A DNA stretch of 64,000 bases from Balanoglossus misakiensis (lineage: Eukaryota; Animalia; Hemichordata): the NCBI GenBank assembly GCA_040954595.2, contig CM082582.2:682001-746000 (forward strand), in the 5' to 3' direction. Made by a program: the position numbers and the translations under genes. Below are positions 51,516-64,000 of this stretch, piece by piece. Under the pieces are notes generated by a model. The model was not told the DNA's origin, ran no database searches, and saw only the letters and a program-made list of their open reading frames with translations. The stretch's first letter is position 1; every line of letters begins with the position of its first letter.

Positions 51516-54500
51516 CTGGCTCTGCAAAAGACCCGACACATTAGTACAAAGACGTTGGCTAAGTCGGGCAAACCGAAGAGGGAAAGTCACAGCGGGTCAA
51601 CACTCGACATTTGTTCGGGTAGGACTGCATTATTGCCTGTCAATTTATAGAGAAAGCCCGAATTTAACCAGGGCGTTTCAAACACCGACGTTATTTGGGG
51701 GCACGGCCTGCAGTACTGCCGGGTAAGCTGACATCGGCGTACCGCATATAATGTAGGGGGGGGGGACAGAACGGTTCAATACTACATTTATTAGATATCA
51801 GCTAATTTTGGACAATCATCTAAAATCTAAATCATTTTTTCATATTTGGATATCTGATGATGTATGAAATTTTCAATATATGTAAAAATGGTGCTGATTA
51901 TAAAAAATGCACTCTGAATGAGCTGATTTAATACAAAATTGCGTTTTATTCGTTTTTGCACCAAAAAGGTCATTTTTAGGCAAAACATTCTTTATTTTTT
52001 TAATTCGGTGGCCTGATCATATATAAGCAATTGCTTGCATGTTAAAAGTTTTTATGACTTTTAAAAGCAGTGACACTGGCGGCATTCAACACGAAAATAA
52101 CAATTTTAACCACAATTTGGTCAAAATGGTAAATTTTTGAAAATTACAAAAAATACCTGTTTTCTACATTTTCGGAAATCTGATGGAGTATAGAATGCTC
52201 TTCGTATATATATATCGATACAAATTCCACAAAAGACCGTCTAATTTGGCTCACTGCAGACAAAATTGCGTTTTACCAAATTTTCCTTGAAAATGTCATT
52301 TTTAGAAAAATAAAATAAAAAAACCTTCGTTCTTCGAATTTGGTGCCCTGATCATATATGACATGTTGATTGTATGTTAAAACTTTCGACCACTCCAAAA
52401 ATGCAGAGATATTGACGGAATTCAAGAAAAAATAGCCATTTTGGCCATATTTTGACAAAATGGTACATTTTTAAAAAATCATAAAAAATAAACTCTTTTC
52501 TTCATTTTCGGAAATATTATGGAGCATGAAGTGTCGTTCTCTTGTAAAAAGTGCTGCAAATTCCAGAAAATGTGGTATAATTTGAATCACCCAAGACAAA
52601 ATTACCATTTTCGACTTTTTTTCGAAAAATTGTCTTGTTTTACAAAATAAATAAGAATAAATTCTTTTCTTAGTTTCAAACGGGTAGAGATACTTTACAC
52701 ACGGGTTTTCTAACATTGAATTCCCGTTCATCAACTCAGATTTCCTACAGCACAAGTCGGCTAAAACCCTGACACTCTAGAGCAGAAACAGTTGCACACT
52801 GGTAACGTTGAACAAGTCGATTTTTCTACGGCCTGGCTCGGCTAAATCTCCGTCACAATATGACAGACACTAGCGTAAGTTAGCAACGGTGATCAAGTCA
52901 GATTTTCTACGGCATAGCTCGGATGAAGCCCCGGCACTCTAGAGCAGAAACACGCGTACAGAGACCACGTTGATCAAGTCTGATCTCCTACGGCTTGGCT
53001 CGACTAAAACCCCGGCACACTATGACAGACACTATCGTACGTTAGCAACGGTGATCAAGTCAGATTTTCTACGGCATGGCTTGGATAAAGCCACGGCACT
53101 CTAGAGCAGAAACACGCGTACAGAGACCACGTTGATCTACTCACATTTCCTTCGGCCTGGCACGGCTGATGCCCCGGCACTATATATAGGACACAGACTG
53201 GCGTAAGTTAACAACGGTAATCACGTCGGGTTTCCTACGGCCTGGCTCAGCTGAAGCCCCGGCACTCTAGAGCAGAAACAGGCGTACATTGACCACGTTG
53301 ATCAAGTCAGATTTCCTACGGCGTGATTCGGCTGGTGCACCGGCTCTATATGACACAGACTGGCGTAAGTTATCAACGGTGATTACGTCGGATTTCCTAC
53401 GGCATGGTTTAGCTGAAGCCCCGGCACTTTAGAGCGGAAACACGCGTACATTGACCACGATGATCAAGTCAGATCTCCTACGGCCTGGCTCTTCTAAAAC
53501 CCCGGCACACCATGACAGACACTAGCGTTCGTTAGCAACGGTGATCAAGTCGGATTTCCTTCGGCCTGGCTCTGCAAAAGACCCGACACATTAGTACAAA
53601 GACGTTGGCTAAGTCGGGCAAACCGGAGAGGGAAAGTCACAGCGGGTCAACACTCGACATTTGTTCGGGTAGGACTGCATTATTGCCTGTCAATTTATAG
53701 AGAAAGCCCGAATTTAACCAGGGCGTTTCAAACACCGACGTTATTTGGGGGCACGGCCTGCAGTACTGCCGGGTAAGCTGACATCGGCGTACCGCATATA
53801 ATGTAGGGGGGGACAGAACGGTTCAATACTACATTTATTAGATATCAGCTAATTTTGGACAATCATCTAAAATCTAAATCATTTTTTCATATTTGGATAT
53901 CTGATGATGTATGAAATTTCCAATATATGTAAAAATGGTGCTGATTATAAAAAATGCACTCTGAATGAGCTGATTTAATACAAAATTGCGTTTTATTCGT
54001 TTTTGCACCAAAAAGGTCATTTTTAGGCAAAACATTCTTTATTTTTTTAATTCGGTGGCCTGATCATATATAAGCAATTGCTTGCATGTTAAAAGTTTTT
54101 ATGACTTTTAAAAGCAGTGACACTGGCGGCATTCAACACGAAAATAACAATTTTAACCACAATTTGGTCAAAATGGTAAATTTTTGAAAATTACAAAAAA
54201 TACCTGTTTTCTACATTTTCGGAAATGTGATGGAGTATAGAATGCTCTTCGTATATATATATCGATACAAATTCCACAAAAGACCGTCTAATTTGGCTCA
54301 CTGCAGACAAAATTGCGTTTTACCAAATTTTCCTTGAAAATGTCATTTTTAGAAAAATAAAATAAAAAAACCTTCGTTCTTCGAATTTGGTGCCCTGATC
54401 ATATATGACATGTTGATTGTATGTTAAAACTTTCGACCACTCCAAAAATGCAGAGATATTGACGGAATTCAAGAAAAATAGCCATTTTGGCCATATTTTG

Positions 54501-57500
54501 ACAAAATGGTACATTTTTGAAAAATAATAAACAATTAACTCTTTTCTTCATTTTCGGAAATATTATGGAGCATGAAGTGTCATTCTCTTGTAAAAAAAGT
54601 GCTGCAAATTCCAGAAAAGGCGGTATAATTTGAATCACCCAAGACAAAATTACAATTTTCGACTTTTTTTCGAAAAATTGTCTTTTTTACAAAATAAATA
54701 AGAATAAATACTTTTCTTAGTTTCAAACGGGTAGAGATACTTTCCACACGGGTTTTCTAACATTGAATTCCCGTTCATCAACTCAGATTTCCTACAGCAT
54801 AAGTCGGCTAAAACCCTGACACTCTAGAGCAGAAACAGTTGCACACTGGTAACGTTGAACAAGTCGATTTTTCTACGGCCTGGCTCGGCTAAATCTCCGT
54901 CACAATATGACAGACACTAGCGTACGTTAGCAACGGTGATCAAGTCAGATTTTCTACGGCATGGGTTGGATAAAGCCCCGGCACTCTAGAGCAGAAACAC
55001 GCGTACAGAGACCACGTTGATCAAGTCTGATCTCCTACGGCTTGGCTCGACTAAAACCCCGGCACACTATGACAGACACTAGCGTTCGTTAGCAACGTTG
55101 ATCAAGTCAGATTTCCTACGGCATGGCTTGGCTAAAGCCCTGGCACTCTAGAGCAGAAACACGCGTACAGAGACCACGTTGATCTACTCACATTTCCTTC
55201 GGCCTGGCACGGCTGATGCCCCGGCACTATATATAGGACACAAACTGGCGTAAGTTAACAACGGTAATCACGTCGGGTTTCCTACGGCCTGGCTCAGCTG
55301 AAGCCCCGGCACTCTAGAGCAGAAACAGGCGTACATTGACCACGTTGATCAAGTCAGATTTCCTACGGCGTGACTCGGCTGGTGCACCGGCTCTATATGA
55401 CACAGACTGGCGTAAGTTATCAACGGTGATTACGTCGGATTTCCTACGGCCTGGTTTAGCTGAAGCCCCCGCACTTTAGAGCGGAAACACGCGTACATTG
55501 ACCACGATGATCAAGTCAGATCTCCTACGGCCTGGCTCGACTAAAACCCCGGCACACCATGACAGACACTAGCGTTCGTTAGCAACGGTGATCAAGTCGG
55601 ATTTCCTTCGGCCTGGCTCTGCAAAAGACCCGACACTCTAGTACAAAGACGTTGGCTAAGTTGGGCAAACCGAAGAGGGAAAGTCGCAGCGGGTCAACAC
55701 TCGACATTTGTTCCGGTAGGACTGCATTATTGCCTGTCGATTTATAGAGAGAGCCCGAATTTAACCAGGGCGTTTCAAACACCGACGTTTGTTGGGGGCA
55801 CGGCCTACAGTACTGCCGGGTAAGCTGACATCGGAGTACCGCATATAATGTAAGGGGGGGGGGGGGACAGAACGGTTCAATACTACATTTATTAGATATC
55901 AGCTAATTTTGGACAATCATCTAAAATCTAAATCATTTTTTCATATTTGGATATCTGATGATGTATGAAATTTCCATTATATGTAAAAATGGTGCTTATT
56001 ATAAAAAATGCACTCTGAATGAGCTGATTTAATACAAAATTGCGTTTTATTCGTTTTTGCACCAAAAAGGTCATTTTTAGGCAAAACATTCTTTATTTTT
56101 TTAATTCGGTGGCCTGATCATATATAAGCAATTGCTTGCATGTTAAAAGTTTTTATGACTTTTAAAAGCAGTGACACTGGCGGCATTCAACACGAAAATA
56201 ACAATTTTAACCACAATTTGGTCAAAATGGTAAATTTTTGAAAATTACAAAAAATACCTGTTTTCTACATTTTCGGAAATGTGATGGAGTATAGAATGCT
56301 CTTCGTATATATATATCGATACAAATTCCACAAAAGACCGTCTAATTTGGCTCACTGCAGACAAAATTGCGTTTTACCAAATTTTCCTTGAAAATGTCAT
56401 TTTTAGAAAAATAAAATAAAAAAACCTTCGTTCTTCGAATTTGGTGCCCTGATCATATATGACATGTTGATTGTATGTTAAAACTTTCGACCACTCCAAA
56501 AATGCAGAGATATTGACGGAATTCAAGAAAAATAGCCATTTTGGCCATATTTTGACAAAAATGGTAAATTTTTGAAAAATCATAAAAAATTAACTCTTTT
56601 CTTCATTTTCGGAAATATTATGGAGCATGAAGTGTCGTTCTCTTGTAAAAAGTGCTGCAAATTCCAGAAAAGGCGGTATAATTTGAATCACCCAAGACAA
56701 AATTGCAATTTTTCGACTTTTTTTCGAAAAATTGTCTTTTTTACAAAATAAATAAGAATAAATTCTTTTCTTAGTTTCAAACGGGTAGAGATACTTTCCA
56801 CACGGGTTTTCTAACATTGAATTCCCGTTCATCAACTCAGATTTCCTACAGCATAAGTCGGCTAAAACCCTGACACTCTAGAGCAGAAACAGTTGCACAC
56901 TGGTAACGTTGAACAAGTCGATTTTTCTACGGCCTGGCTCGGCTAAATCTCCGTCACAATATGACAGACACTAGCGTACGTTAGCAACGGTGATCAAGTC
57001 AGATTTTCTACGGCATGGGTTGGATAAAGCCCCGGCACTCTAGAGCAGAAACACGCGTACAGAGACCACGTTGATCAAGTCTGATCTCCTACGGCTTGGC
57101 TCGACTAAAACCCCGGCACACTATGACAGACATTAGCGTTCGTTAGCAACGTTGATCAAGTCAGATTTCCTACGGCATGGCTTGGCTAAAGCCCTGGCAC
57201 TCTAGAGCAGAAACACGCGTACAGAGACCACGTTGATCTACTCACATTTCCTTCGGCCTGGCACGGCTGATGCCCCGGCACTATATATAGGACACAAACT
57301 GGCGTAAGTTAACAACGGTAATCACGTCGGGTTTCCCACGGCCTGGCTCAGCTGAAGCCCCGGCACTCTAGAGCAGAAACAGGCGTACATTGACCACGTT
57401 GATCAAGTAAGATTTCCTACGGCGTGATTCGGCTGGTGCACCGGCTCTATATGACACAGACTGGCGTAAGTTATCAACGGTGATTACGTCGGATTTCCTA

Positions 57501-59220
57501 CGGCATGGTTTAGCTGAAGCCCCGGCACTTTAGAGCGGAAACACGCGTACATTGACCACGATGATCAAGTCAGATCTCCTACGGCCTGGCTCGACTAAAA
57601 CCCCGGCACACCATGACAGACACTAGCGTTCGTTAGCAACGGTGATCAAGTCTGATTTCCTTCGGCCTGGCTCTGCAAAAGACCCGACACATTAGTACAA
57701 AGACGTTGGCTAAGTCGGGCAAACCGAAGAGGGAAAGTCACAGCGGGTCAACACTCGACATTTGTTCGGGTAGGACTGCATTATTGCCTGTCAATTTATA
57801 GAGAAAGCCCGAATTTAACCAGGGCGTTTCAAACACCGACGTTATTTGGGGGCACGGCCTGCAGTACTGCCGGGTAAGCTGACATCGGCGTACCGCATAT
57901 AATGTAGGGGGGGGGGGACAGAACGGTTCAATACTACATTTATTAGATATCAGCTAATTTTGGACAATCATCTAAAATCTAAATCATTTTTTCATATTTG
58001 GATATCTGATGATGTATGAAATTTCCAATATATGTAAAAATGGTGCTGATTATAAAAAATGCACTCTGAATGAGCTGATTTAATACAAAATTGCGTTTTA
58101 TTCGTTTTTGCACCAAAAAGGTCATTTTTAGGCAAAACATTCTTTATTTTTTTAATTCGGTGGCCTGATCATATATAAGCAATTGCTTGCATGTTAAAAG
58201 TTTTTATGACATTTAAAAGCAGTGACACTGGCGGCATTCAACACGAAAATAACAATTTAACCACAATTTGGTCAAAATGGTAAATTTTTGAAAATTACAA
58301 AAAATACCTGTTTTCTACATTTTCGGAAATCTGATGGAGTATAGAATGCTCTTCGTATATATATATCGATACAAATTCCACAAAAGACCGTCTAATTTGG
58401 CTCACTGCAGACAAAATTGCGTTTTACCAAATTTTTCTTGAAAATGTCATTTTTAGAAAAATAAAATAAAAAAACCTTCGTTCTTCGAATTTGGTGCCCT
58501 GATCATATATGACATGTTGATTGTATGTTAAAACTTTCGACCACTCCAAAAATGCAGAGATATTGACGGAATTCAAGAAAAAATAGCCATTTTGGCCATA
58601 TTTTGACAAAATGGTACATTTTTAAAAAAATCATAAAAAATAAACTCTTTTCTTCATTTTCGGAAATATTATGGAGCATGAAGTGTCGTTCTCTTGTAAA
58701 AAGTGCTGCAAATTCCAGAAAATGTGGTATAATTTGAATCACCCAAGACAAAATTACCATTTTCGACTTGTTTTCGAAAAATTGTCTTTTTTAAAAAATA
58801 AATTAGAATAAATTCTTTTCTTAGTTTCAAACGGGTAGAGATACTTTCCACACGGGTTTTCTAACATTGAATTCCCGTTCATCAACTCAGATTTCCTACA
58901 GCATAAGTCGGCTAAAACCCTGACACTCTAGAGCAGAAACAGTTGCACACTGATAACGTTGAACAAGTCGATTTTTCTACGGCCTGGCTCGGCTAAATCT
59001 CGTCACAATATGACAGACACTAGCGTACGTTAGCAACGGTGATCAAGTCAGATTTTCAACGGCATGGGTTGGATAAAGCCCCGGCACTCTAGAGCAGAAA
59101 CACGCGTACAGAGACCACGTTGATCAAGTCTGATCTCCTACGGCTTGGCTCGACTAAAACCCCGGCACACTATGACAGACACTAGCGTTATTATTATTAT
59201 TATTATTAAGAATTGTTTAA

Positions 59221-59249
59221 AATGCGCTACACATACGTCTCAGCGCATT
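59221..59249 (-). other. 3' UTR stem-loop of the LINE fragment
   Basis: AATGCGCT (59221-59228) and AGCGCATT (59242-59249) form a perfect 8 bp inverted repeat with a 13 nt loop, just upstream of the TAA tail in element orientation. Confidence 0.75.
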
Positions 59250-59321
59250 GTGCACAGCTAAAACAGTAGATTAAAAAATACAAGGCTGGTAAAAATAGTT
59301 AAAAGGACACAATCGAACACG

Positions 59322-59375
59322 TTACACATAAAACCGAGTAAAAAGGTATGTTTTCAAATTACGCTTAAAAATATT
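59322..59375 (-). pseudogene. C-terminal remnant of LINE ORF2 (NIFKRNLKTYLFTRFYV*)
   Basis: The minus-strand translation contains FKxxLKTYLF, a motif typical of the C-terminus of CR1/L2-group ORF2 proteins, followed by a TAA stop. Confidence 0.75.
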
Positions 59376-62116
59376 GAGCGTTCGTTAGCAACGTTGATCA
59401 AGTCAGATTTCCTACGGCATGGCTTTGCTAAAGCCCTGACACTCTAGAGCAGAAACACGCGTACAGAGACCACGTTGATCGACTAACATTTCCTTCGGCC
59501 TGGCACGGCTGATGCCCCGGCACTATATATAGGACACAGACTGGCGTAAGTTAACAACGGTAATCACGTCGGGTTTCCTACGGCCTGGCTCAGCTGAAGC
59601 CCCGGCACTCTAGAGCAGAAACAGGCGTACATTGACCACGTTGATCAAGTCAGATTTCCTACGGCGTGACTCGGCTGGTGAACCGGCTCTATATGACACA
59701 GACTGGCGTATGTTATCAACGGTGATTACGTCGGATTTCCTACGGCCTGGTTTAGCTGAAGCCCCGGCACTTTAGAGCGGAAACACGCGTACATTGACCA
59801 CGATGATCAAGGCAGATCTCCTACGGCCTGGCTCGACTAAAACCCCGGCACACCATGACAGACACTAGCGTTCGTTAGCAACGGTGATCAAGTCGGATTT
59901 CCTTCGGCCTGGCTCTGCAAAAGACCCGACACTCTAGTACAAAGACGTTGGCTAAGTCGGGCAAACCGAAGAGGGAAAGTCACAGCGGGTCAACACTCGA
60001 CATTTGTTCGGGTAGGACTGCATTATTGCCTGTCAATTTATAGAGAAAGCCCGAATTTAACCAGGGCGTTACAAACACCGACGTTAGTTGGGGGCACGGC
60101 CTGCAGTACTGACGGGTAAGCTGACATCGGCGTACCGCATATAATATAGGGGGGGGGGGGGGAAACAGAACGGTTCAATACTACATTTATTAGATATCAG
60201 CTAATTTTGGACAATCATCTAAAATCTAAATCATTTTTTCATATTTGGATATCTGATGATGTATGAAATTTCCATTATATGTAAAAATGGTGCTGATTAT
60301 AAAAAATGCACTCTGAATGAACTGATTTAATACAAAATTACGTTTTATTCGTTTTTGCACCTAAAAGGTCATTTTTAGGCAAAACATTCTTTATTTTTTT
60401 AATTCGGTGACCTGATCATATATAAAGAATGGCTTGTATGTTAAAAGTTTTTATGACTTTTAAAAGCAGTGACACTGGCGGCATTCAACACGAAAATAAC
60501 AATTTTAGCCACAATTTGGTCAAAATGGAAAATTTTTCAAAATTACAAAAAATACCCTTTTCTACATTTTCGGAAATCTGATGGAGTATAGAAGGCTCTT
60601 CGTATGTATATATCGATACAAATTCCACAAAAAACCGTCTAATTTGGCTCACTGCAGACAAAATTGCGTTTTACCAAATTTTCCTTGAAAATGTCATTTT
60701 TAGAAAAAAAAATAAAAAAAACCTTTGTTCTTCGAATTTGGTGCCCCGATCATATATGACATGTTTATTGTATGTTAAAAGTTTCGACCACTCCAAAAAT
60801 GCAGAGATATTGACGGAATTCAAGAAAAAATAGCCATTTTGGCCATATTTTGACAAAAATGGTAAAATTTTAAAAAATCATAAAAAATTAACTCTTTTCT
60901 TCATTTTCGGAAATATTATGGAGCATGAAGTGTCGTTCTCTTGTAAAAAGTGCTGCAAATTCCAGAAAAGGTGGTATAATTTGAATCACCCAAGACAAAA
61001 TTACCATTTTCGCCTTTGTTTCGAAAAATTGTCTTTTTTACAAAATAAATAAGAATAAATTCTTTTCTTAGTTTCAAACGGGTAGAGATACTTCCTACAC
61101 GGGTTTTCTAACATTGAATTCCCGTTCATCAACTCAGATTTCCTACAGCATAAGTCGGCTAAAACCCTGAGACTTTAGAGCAGAAACAGTTGCACACTGG
61201 TAACGTTGAACAAGTCGATTTTTCTACGGCCTGGCTTGGCTAAATCTCCGTCACAATATGACAGACACTATCGTACGTTAGCAACGGTGATCAAGTCAGA
61301 TTTTCTACGGCATGGCTTGGATAAAGCCCCGGCACTCTAGAGCAGAAACACGCGTACAGAGACCACGTTGATCAAGTCTGATCTCCTACGGCTTGGCTCG
61401 ACTAAAACCCCGGCACACTATGACAGACACTAGCGTTCGTTAGCAACGTTGATCAAGTCAGATTTCCTACGGCATGGCTTGGCTAAAGCCCTGGCACTCT
61501 AGAGCAGAAACACGCGTACAGAGACCACGTTGATCTACTCACATTTCCTTCGGCCTGGCACGGCTGATGCCCCGGCACTATATATAGGACACAAACTGGC
61601 GTAAGTTAACAACGGTAATCACGTCGGGTTTCCTACGGCCTGGCTCAGCTGAAGCCCCGGCACTCTAGAGCAGAAACAGGCGTACATTGACCACGTTGAT
61701 CAAGTCAGATTTCCTACGGCGTGACTCGGCTGGTGCACCGGCTCTATATGACACAGACTGGCGTAAGTTATCAACGGTGATTACGTCGGATTTCCTACGG
61801 CCTGGTGTAGCTGAAGCCCCGGCCCTTTAGAGCGGAAACACGCGTACATTGACCACGATAATCAAGTCAGATCTCCTACGGCCTGGCTCGACTAAAACCC
61901 CGGCACACCATGACAGACACTAGCGTTCGTTAGCAACGGTGATCAAGTCTGATTTCCTTCGGCCTGGCTCTGCAAAAGACCCGACACTCTAGTACAAAGA
62001 CGTTGGCTAAGTCTTGCAAACCGAAGAGGGAAAGTCACAGCGGGTCAACACTCGACATTTGTTCCGGTAGGACTACATTATTGCCTGTCAATTTATAGAG
62101 AAAGCCCGAATTTAAC

Positions 62117-64000
62117 CACTATATATAGGACACAGACTGGCGTAAGTTAACAACGGTAATCACGTCGGGTTTCCTACGGCCTGGCTCAGCTGAAGCCCCG
62201 GCACTCTAGAGCAGAAACAGGCGTACATTGACCACGTTGATCAAGTCAGATTTCCTACGGCGTGACTCGGCTGGTGAACCGGCTCTATATGACACAGACT
62301 GGCGTATGTTATCAACGGTGATTACGTCGGATTTCCTACGGCCTGGTTTAGCTGAAGCCCCGGCACTTTAGAGCGGAAACACGCGTACATTGACCACGAT
62401 GATCAAGGCAGATCTCCTACGGCCTGGCTCGACTAAAACCCCGGCACACCATGACAGACACTAGCGTTCGTTAGCAACGGTGATCAAGTCGGATTTCCTT
62501 CGGCCTGGCTCTGCAAAAGACCCGACACTCTAGTACAAAGACGTTGGCTAAGTCGGGCAAACCGAAGAGGGAAAGTCACAGCGGGTCAACACTCGACATT
62601 TGTTCGGGTAGGACTGCATTATTGCCTGTCAATTTATAGAGAAAGCCCGAATTTAACCAGGGCGTTACAAACACCGACGTTAGTTGGGGGCACGGCCTGC
62701 AGTACTGACGGGTAAGCTGACATCGGCGTACCGCATATAATATAGGGGGGGGGGGAAACAGAACGGTTCAATACTACATTTATTAGATATCAGCTAATTT
62801 TGGACAATCATCTAAAATCTAAATCATTTTTTCATATTTGGATATCTGATGATGTATGAAATTTCCATTATATGTAAAAATGGTGCTGATTATAAAAAAT
62901 GCACTCTGAATGAACTGATTTAATACAAAATTACGTTTTATTCGTTTTTGCACCTAAAAGGTCATTTTTAGGCAAAACATTCTTTATTTTTTTAATTCGG
63001 TGACCTGATCATATATAAAGAATGGCTTGTATGTTAAAAGTTTTTATGACTTTTAAAAGCAGTGACACTGGCGGCATTCAACACGAAAATAACAATTTTA
63101 GCCACAATTTGGTCAAAATGGAAAATTTTTCAAAATTACAAAAAATACCCTTTTCTACATTTTCGGAAATCTGATGGAGTATAGAAGGCTCTTCGTATGT
63201 ATATATCGATACAAATTCCACAAAAAACCGTCTAATTTGGCTCACTGCAGACAAAATTGCGTTTTACCAAATTTTCCTTGAAAATGTCATTTTTAGAAAA
63301 AAAAATAAAAAAAACCTTTGTTCTTCGAATTTGGTGCCCCGATCATATATGACATGTTGATTGTATGTTAAAAGTTTCGACCACTCCAAAAATGCAGAGA
63401 TATTGACGGAATTCAAGAAAAAATAGCCATTTTGGCCATATTTTGACAAAAATGGTAAAATTTTAAAAAATCATAAAAAATTAACTCTTTTCTTCATTTT
63501 CGGAAATATTATGGAGCATGAAGTGTCGTTCTCTTGTAAAAAGTGCTGCAAATTCCAGAAAAGGTGGTATAATTTGAATCACCCAAGACAAAATTACCAT
63601 TTTCGCCTTTGTTTCGAAAAATTGTCTTTTTTACAAAATAAATAAGAATAAATTCTTTTCTTAGTTTCAAACGGGTAGAGATACTTCCTACACGGGTTTT
63701 CTAACATTGAATTCCCGTTCATCAACTCAGATTTCCTACAGCATAAGTCGGCTAAAACCCTGAGACTTTAGAGCAGAAACAGTTGCACACTGGTAACGTT
63801 GAACAAGTCGATTTTTCTACGGCCTGGCTTGGCTAAATCTCCGTCACAATATGACAGACACTATCGTACGTTAGCAACGGTGATCAAGTCAGATTTTCTA
63901 CGGCATGGCTTGGATAAAGCCCCGGCACTCTAGAGCAGAAACACGCGTACAGAGACCACGTTGATCTACTCACATTTCCTTCGGCCTGGCACGGCTGATG
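62117..64000 (-). repeat. Second copy of a tandem duplication with 2596 bp offset (first copy starts at 59521)
   Basis: Junction AATTTAAC-CA-CTATATATAGG. Private variants shared with 59521-61370: GGTGAACCGG, GCGTATGTT, ATCAAGGCAG, GCGTTACAAAC, AAGAATGGCTT, GAAGGCTCT, GCCCCGATC. Confidence 0.88.

Larger units (their letters stand above)
59190..59376 (-). mobile_element. 5'-truncated non-LTR retrotransposon fragment (CR1/L2-like LINE 3' end), 187 bp
   Basis: The only non-satellite sequence in the window. Flanked by the direct repeat AGCGTT (59184-59189 and 59377-59382). On - it reads as an ORF end, a 3' UTR, an 8 bp stem-loop and a (TAA)7 tail (59188-59208). Clade assignment rests on motif recognition only. 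Confidence 0.88.
47875..64000 (-). repeat. Same macrosatellite in inverted orientation (7 unit starts)
   Basis: Reverse-complement anchor TAACATTGAATTCCC has GAATTC at 50179, 52718, 54765, 56819, 58869, 61116 and 63709. Poly-C tracts appear as poly-G, and the recurrent ORF-track peptides switch to the - strand. Confidence 0.98.

Noticed and set aside
170-63449. Recurrent 60-112 aa ORFs (MMNGNSMLEN..., MSKYGQNGY..., MNRSVPPP..., MFETPWLNS...)
   Set aside because: Mostly TTG/GTG starts, F/K/N/I-rich readings of A/T tracts, frames broken by homopolymer indels between copies, and no recognisable domain.

Overview
The whole 64 kb window is one non-coding, probably metazoan macrosatellite array of about 31 copies of a ~2.05 kb composite unit. 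No genes are supported; the ORF-track entries are short, frameshift-prone readings of the repeat. Each unit has three parts: (i) a ~950 bp AT-rich domain of about 5.5 diverged ~167 bp monomers arranged as ~335 bp dimers; (ii) a ~250 bp linker starting with a variable poly-C tract; (iii) a CpG- and palindrome-rich domain of alternating A/B 81 bp monomers (usually 10, sometimes 14 or 16). Units run on + from 1 to ~47817, then flip to - at a complex junction with two short templated fragments, giving a large diverged quasi-palindrome. The array also has local homogenisation blocks, microhomology deletions, a 2.6 kb duplication and one 187 bp 5'-truncated CR1/L2-like LINE insertion with a 6 bp target-site duplication. 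A weak hammerhead-ribozyme-like motif in the AT domain is the main speculative functional lead. All alignments were done by eye.
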